From Minutocellus sp. GHC0000111 (taxonomy: Eukaryota), in the NCBI GenBank assembly GCA_977018835.1, contig OZ361261.1:992001-1056000 (forward strand): a stretch of 64,000 bases of DNA, given 5' to 3'. Each line of letters opens with the position of its first letter. Position 1 is the first letter of the stretch. Position numbers and translations under genes: made by a program. The notes beneath the pieces are model-generated. The model worked only from the letters and a program-made list of their open reading frames with translations, made no database searches and was not told the DNA's origin. Below are positions 58,574-64,000 of this stretch, one piece after another.

Positions 58574-59866
58574 CTAATGCCATTCATCTGGGCGGTGATA
58601 GACTCCGAGCTGTCTCTCGCGCTGTAGCTCTTCCGGTGTCTTCTTCACAGCACTACTAACCGACATAGCAGCAAATAGAGACGCAACAAGTGCAAAATAT
58701 CCAGCAGTGATCCCTGTCCTCTGCGCACCAGAGATGGCATAGTAATTAGGTGGGACATGTTGCGCAGGATTGTAGAATTTTTTGAACGTTTCCCATCCTC
58801 CAGCAAGAAGAATGAGGTAGAAAATCGGGTTCGATATCATCCCATTGTAGACCATTGTCCCGCCGATTCCTAGGCCAACGACGCCTGCGTATGGTGACAC
58901 GGCTCCGCAGATCCTTCCGCCATCCATCATACCGATGGGGAGCAAATTAAATAAGTTGATCATGAAGCCGAAGTCACCGAGAGCCACGAGTAGGTTGCTA
59001 TTGGTGGCGACGCCGGCCGCAAACACACCAGCCGCTCCGATACTCCCCAAAACCGGGCCTCCGAATGCAACCAGCGCCTCCTCGAATGCATCTCGCGGCC
59101 TCTCTTTCATGGCTACTGCTGCGCCCATGAAGGGAATGAAGACCATCGGCTTGAACGGTATTCCTAGTTTGTGCATCATTAGTGCATGGCCACTCTCATG
59201 CACAAGAATGAGTCCGACCATTCCAGTTGCGAATGGCCAACCGTAAAACATCGAATAAGTGCCAACGGTAACCAACATCGAGCCGAGACTTGCAAACTTG
59301 GTGAGCTTCAGCGCGCCTATGAGGTACTTGCCCTTCCCAGCAAGGAGCATGCCGGCCGTGTCGATCGAGGCCAAGCCAGCTGTGATGCGGTTCCTGGGTG
59401 GCTGCGGCGGACGACCACTGCTGTGCATCTGCCGATGCCGCTGCTGAATGGATCCCCCAATGAGAGAGCTGGATGCGGCACTTGAAACACCGATGCCGGC
59501 AAGATGCGCCAGTGATCCCAGGTGATACTTGGTGAGAGTTGAAAATGAACACGACGAGGAAAGGGGCAAGCCCAGACGCTCTCCAAATATTGTCAATGGC
59601 CGAGACATGTGCGTAGATGAGTATGTGCTACCAACCACGCCGGGACATCTCTTTGCTGATGCACCGGGTGCTAATGCGGACACGAACGAGCCTGATGAGG
59701 CTGCCGATCGTATCAGGCTGTCGTGCTGATTTTGTCTCTTTGGAACCGACGCGAAGAGGCGTAACGATCGAGGAGCGCCCTTCCCGACAGTTCCGATTGA
59801 TACTGTGGACGCGGGGGGAGGGAAGATCCCGCTCGTTGCGCGTGCAAAGGTGCCCCGCATCGCCAT
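58574..59866 (-). CDS. Site-2 protease (peptidase M50), probably mitochondrial
   Basis: HESGH, FIPFMGA, GGPVLG and NLLPIGMMDGGRI motifs; long Arg/Ser-rich presequence. Confidence 0.9.
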   Translation of the reverse strand: MAMRGTFARATSGIFPPPASTVSIGTVGKGAPRSLRLFASVPKRQNQHDSLIRSAASSGSFVSALAPGASAKRCPGVVGSTYSSTHMSRPLTIFGERLGLPLSSSCSFSTLTKYHLGSLAHLAGIGVSSAASSSLIGGSIQQRHRQMHSSGRPPQPPRNRITAGLASIDTAGMLLAGKGKYLIGALKLTKFASLGSMLVTVGTYSMFYGWPFATGMVGLILVHESGHALMMHKLGIPFKPMVFIPFMGAAVAMKERPRDAFEEALVAFGGPVLGSIGAAGVFAAGVATNSNLLVALGDFGFMINLFNLLPIGMMDGGRICGAVSPYAGVVGLGIGGTMVYNGMISNPIFYLILLAGGWETFKKFYNPAQHVPPNYYAISGAQRTGITAGYFALVASLFAAMSVSSAVKKTPEELQRERQLGVYHRPDEWH

Positions 59867-60051
59867 GCTAGCATGGTTGGAATGAAGCTCTCGAAGCAAG
59901 AAGAGCATTTTATAGGGTCGAGTGAGTCGAGTGAGAAGAAAGCAGAGAGCGCGAGCGCGCACCTGCCAAATGGCGCATGCCGCCACCGCATTGACATGGC
60001 CATTTTCGTTGCTTCCGAGCAATTTCCCGCGTAGCGTAGAAGAACTAGCCT

Positions 60052-61257
60052 ATGTCCGACCAGAAGCAAAGCAGCTGCACCAGCAAGTTCGGTGGAGAAA
60101 TTGGCGCTTTGCCGTCATCAAACGTCACGCAATGCCCTCGCCAAGACGAGGAAAGTGACAGGAGGAGAGTCCCAATGGCGATGATGGTGGGGCTGGCGTG
60201 CCTCGCTGTGGCAGCAGCTGCTGCTCTCATCACAAACCGCGGTGATCAATTCAGTGACTCTGCATTACCGTCACCTTTCACCGCTACCAATGCGTATAGT
60301 GTAGCCCATGGCTCGTCGATACAACAAAGCACTACCGGTACACCACAGCAGCAGCCTCCGCATCAGCGGAGACGACGGCGGCGGCAACTCCGACGGAGTG
60401 AACCTGTCCACCTCCTCTACTCCTCGGATGATCGGTCTCTGCAAGGTGTCGAGGCGTCGATCCGATCCGTCATTCATCACGCGTCGGAGGACGTGGTGTT
60501 CCATTTCGTTGGGGACAGCCCTCTCCGATCGATGCCATACGTGAACTATTACAACATTTCCGATGTGGTTGAGCAGTACCACTTGACTGACTTTATCAAC
60601 ACACACAAGAGACACAATGGTGATAAGAGAGAGGGGGTGAATTTGAACGAGAACATGCCCAATTATGTTCGGTTTGTCATGGACGACCTACTGCCAAACG
60701 TTGAAAAGGCCATGTGGATTGACAGTGATACGATTGTGAAATGCGACGTTGTCGAGCTAGTTCGGAATGTTTTGAATGACAACAAAGATGATGACAACAG
60801 TGAAGTTATTGCGGCAGTTCCAGTATTTTCTCCTCCCACTGGTCTCTACAAGAATGACAAGCATGGAAATCCCTTTCCCGATTGGGGCATCGAGACCTCC
60901 TTCAATGCCGGCGTTTACGTTGTGCATCTATCGAGATGGCGTGAGCAAAAGATATCCGATCAGATCCGTGACCTTGCTCTGCGCAATCGCAAATACCGCT
61001 ACTATGAGATGGGTACCCAGCCCCCGCTTGTGCTAACGGTGGGAGAGAACTTTGAGCATCTACCGTTGTCGTGGAATGTCAAGATGAAGACCATTGACGA
61101 GCGGGAGGACATGTCCCTGGAGGATGCCTGCGTCTTCCACTGGTCTGGACCCAGCAAGCCGTGGGATGGAAATGGTCAGCATTTGGAAGAGTGGTTGCCG
61201 TATCACATTGAAAATGTGGGCGACCCTTCGGCTGATGGTGAAGAAGAGAATGAATGA
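60052..61257 (+). CDS. Glycosyltransferase family 8 (copy B)
   Basis: Same motifs as 53567-54808 (WIDSD, FNAGVY, HWSGPSKPW), in the opposite orientation. Confidence 0.9.
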   Translation: MSDQKQSSCTSKFGGEIGALPSSNVTQCPRQDEESDRRRVPMAMMVGLACLAVAAAAALITNRGDQFSDSALPSPFTATNAYSVAHGSSIQQSTTGTPQQQPPHQRRRRRRQLRRSEPVHLLYSSDDRSLQGVEASIRSVIHHASEDVVFHFVGDSPLRSMPYVNYYNISDVVEQYHLTDFINTHKRHNGDKREGVNLNENMPNYVRFVMDDLLPNVEKAMWIDSDTIVKCDVVELVRNVLNDNKDDDNSEVIAAVPVFSPPTGLYKNDKHGNPFPDWGIETSFNAGVYVVHLSRWREQKISDQIRDLALRNRKYRYYEMGTQPPLVLTVGENFEHLPLSWNVKMKTIDEREDMSLEDACVFHWSGPSKPWDGNGQHLEEWLPYHIENVGDPSADGEEENE

Positions 61258-61566
61258 TGGGTGCAGCAAGTCGGGCTTGATGGGAGCGATGGAATGAATC
61301 AACTGAATGTGAAAGGTGAACCTGGCTGGTAAAGGCTTTGGAGAGATGCTTCGAGAGCTTGGGAGAAAGGCACAATACATAAATTTACCCCAGTGTTTTC
61401 GTATTTGAAATGGTCCAACTCCTGGCGAGCCCATGTGTCAGATTTCTTTTAGCAAAGAAGGCGCGTCATTGGTGTGACGAAATGTGACAAAATCGAATAA
61501 TATGCGTCAGTTGTGACCGTCGTCGTTCTCTGTGTCTCTCTTATGGAAGGTCTTAGTGAGTCAAGT

Positions 61567-61646
61567 CAGCTCAAAGAATTCTTCACTGCGGCGGCCTCTT
61601 CAACACAGCTCAAAGAATTCTTCACTGCGGCGGCCTCTTCAACACA
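61567..61646. repeat. Perfect 39-bp tandem duplication upstream of the 61776 gene
   Basis: cagctcaaagaattcttcactgcggcggcctcttcaaca at 61567 and 61606. Confidence 0.9.
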
Positions 61647-61775
61647 AAAATTCCTTTTCTGCCCGCTCATGAGCCCATGCCATTCCATCCGTTTCCCGGC
61701 AAATTCGCACAAAATTCCACCAACAACTCCCAACTTCTTCAACTAACTCCAACTTTACCTTGCCCATAAAACCCA

Positions 61776-62682
61776 ATGGCTTCAAACCAATTTGTTGGCC
61801 GTCGCGCCGGTAATGATGCCGGCAGGTCGCCGGCGCCTTTGAAATCCATCCTCAAGCAATCTTCCAGCCAGCGGCGCCAACCAGCAGTCACAACATTCCC
61901 TTCGTCATCTCTCCAACAAGTCGTCGAACACACAACCCCCTCCTCAAAACAAGAGCGTTGTGTTTGACAGACGTACCCGAGTCTATCTGATACCTACCAT
62001 GAATGAATGGACTCAAGAGGAATACGACGCTTGCTTCATCACGGATGCCGAGTCGAAGGAGGCACAGGAGGAAATGCTGTCCTGCATCCTCGCGATGCGA
62101 CGAGGCCTAGATGACAACGATGAGGAAGCTTGCCTGTGCTTCCGCGGCATAGAGCACATGAGGAGCGCCGCATCCATGTCGCAACGAAATGACCACAAGC
62201 TTCACGTCACGGACTCCATTCTCGATGCCCAGGACGAAGATGAAGATCCTGATCACATCGCCGCCGTCGCTCGTCGAGTTACTCAGTGGGCAGTTGAAGC
62301 TGCTCTTATCAAGGCCTCCTCCGACGCCGCCTTTGTCCGCCGTATGCAAAGGAATACTTCCAGATCGAATCTCGTATCCCTTCCCACAGCCGAAAGCGAT
62401 GGAGACGTACTTCGCGCCCAGGATATTCAAGACACACTCGACGAGGCTCTTTCTACCAGCTCCGCCGAAGAATTCGAGAGCGACAGAGACATCGACGCCG
62501 CCACCAACAACAATGGGCACAAACGACGCAGATCTCTCCCCCGCCTGACGTCCCCCTCCACGTTGGCACTTGATCTCGCTCGGTGTTCCATTGGCAAGCG
62601 TGACCGAAGCAACTCAGTGGACTCTGCCCTGGATCAAATGTCATCGAGAATTGTCAATCAGCATAATCAAGAGGGAAAGTAG
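61776..62682 (+). CDS. Diatom-type hypothetical protein (VxF..RGxE family), frameshift near 61940
   Basis: LKSILKQ lies in the first frame. KSVVFDRRTRVYLIP..CFRGIEH..ILDAQ..AL..ASSDA lies in the second. The shift is at C/A runs. Confidence 0.7.
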
Positions 62683-63453
62683 ATTTTAATTTCTGTGGCA
62701 CTTAACTCAGCTTCACTTTTACAAATGATAGTTATCACGATACGAAGGGTTGACCAGCCTATGTCCTGGTGCAAGTCGATAAATTTGTTGTGTGATCTCT
62801 GAACATGTGTGTAGTTAATGCAAAATTAGAAATATGTAGACTTGGTTAGTTGAAAGGGAGGGAGTCCTTCCTTGGTGTACTACATTACGTTGTTCAAACT
62901 GTCCTATACTAGTATGAAAAGAATGCACCATAAGGCAAGGTGTGTAAGGAGGAGACTTGGACATCTGTGATGAAGACGTGCACGACTGCGGCACTTCTCT
63001 TGCATGTGAGTTTGGGATAAGGATTGGCCAGTACCTTGCATTTATTTATCTACCTAGCTAGCTTGGTCTAGCGGCCTTGCTTGTGTAAATTGCATTATTA
63101 TTTTTTATGAAATACATTGAGACATGTATGTGTACAGTAGGTTTCCATCAAAAATGTCTATCTTCTATGTTGGTGGTAAGTGATTCGTTTTCGGCAGTGT
63201 CTGACAGTTGTATAACTTCTAAAGTATGTAGAGTTTAGAACACGAAAGTCTCAAAAATGTGGCACAAATGACTTGTGCGATGTACAATTTGTATCGTTGC
63301 TCTGATGAGAGGGTGTTGTTACGAATATATATAATAGAAATTTCTACATGAAAATATATGCATGTGAGGGGGTCAGGTGTTATGTTTGTCTCCGCTTCTG
63401 GGACACTGTGTCGTGTTTGGTCGGAAGAGTAGCAACAAGCAGGGAGTAGACGC

Positions 63454-63774
63454 CTAAAGGACGCCACCACAGGATTTATTCGAGCCGTTGGAAAGCATGT
63501 CTCTATCGCCTTCGGATTGGTCGGCGCGATGAACAAGTTGGAGGAATCGATTGGAAGGAGGAATGTCAGCTGTAGAATTGCTCATGCTGCGCATTGACAG
63601 CGGAGAACCAGAAGCGAATCTAGAATTTGGCCGGGTGGTTCGTGGGAGATATGAACTTGGGAGCGAAATTTGGATTGCTTGATCGAGAATGGAAATGATT
63701 TCGTCTCTTCTTTCGGCGGTAAGAGCGCCGTCTTCGTTGGTGACTTGATTAATGCTGGAACGTCCTTTCTCCAT
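63454..63774 (-). CDS. Short hypothetical protein
   Basis: 106-codon ORF from MEKGRSS; DEIISILDQAIQI resembles DIQDTLDEALST in the neighbouring gene. Confidence 0.4.
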   Translation of the reverse strand: MEKGRSSINQVTNEDGALTAERRDEIISILDQAIQISLPSSYLPRTTRPNSRFASGSPLSMRSMSNSTADIPPSNRFLQLVHRADQSEGDRDMLSNGSNKSCGGVL

Positions 63775-64000
63775 TGTGCTCGAATTTTGAAAGGGCGAGT
63801 TCGATGAGGTTGGTAGTATTTCTAGATTTGCTATTTGTATTGCTGGGTGAGTAACTACGTAGTGAAGTGGGAGCATGTATGTGGGAGTGCGAGGCCAGCC
63901 GAAACTTCGTCTTCCGCTTTGGCACTTTGACTTTGCGCAGGCAGAGGGGCAGTAATGGAAAAATTTGTGTTCGTGAAGTTTCGCTGACGCAGAAATTCAA

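Noticed and set aside
52714..59866. Bacterial contamination
   Set aside because: The bacterial-like domains carry organellar presequences or eukaryotic tails, are not operonic, and lie in a contig with spliceosomal introns.
62700..63450. AT-rich gap as an ncRNA, tRNA or centromere
   Set aside because: No recognisable RNA gene structure; consistent with convergent 3'UTRs and intergenic DNA.

Overview
Gene-dense eukaryotic nuclear DNA, most likely a diatom. The evidence is short GT-AG introns, bipartite plastid presequences of the ASA-F type, HA-repeat proteins and diatom-type hypothetical families. About 30 genes are recognisable. Housekeeping genes include a RAD54-like SNF2 ATPase, RNase H2 subunit B, CDC26 (found by manual splicing), a DENN-WD40 (SCD1-like) protein, two NTAN1 paralogs and an HMG-box protein. 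Organelle-targeted genes include an ABA4-like protein, a VOC epimerase, an M50 protease, and MerC-like and MntP/YtaF-like membrane proteins. A CDF transporter and a class-C-like 7TM/TPR fusion are also present. The most notable observations are: (1) a plastid- and Tat/lumen-targeted LCIB/theta-carbonic-anhydrase homolog that has lost its third Zn-ligand segment; (2) a decayed Transib/Chapaev-like (RAG1-related) transposase with a possible CACTATG end; (3) inverted GT8 paralogs sharing a 125-bp near-identical tract and flanking a bacterial-type PQQ/GSDH-PKD gene and an M50 protease; (4) a divergent pair of an HA-repeat gene and a decayed GIY-YIG-like/ankyrin gene; (5) several in-frame stops and frameshifts in otherwise intact genes, which may be assembly errors or true null alleles. 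All family calls come from motif recognition by eye; no database searches were run.
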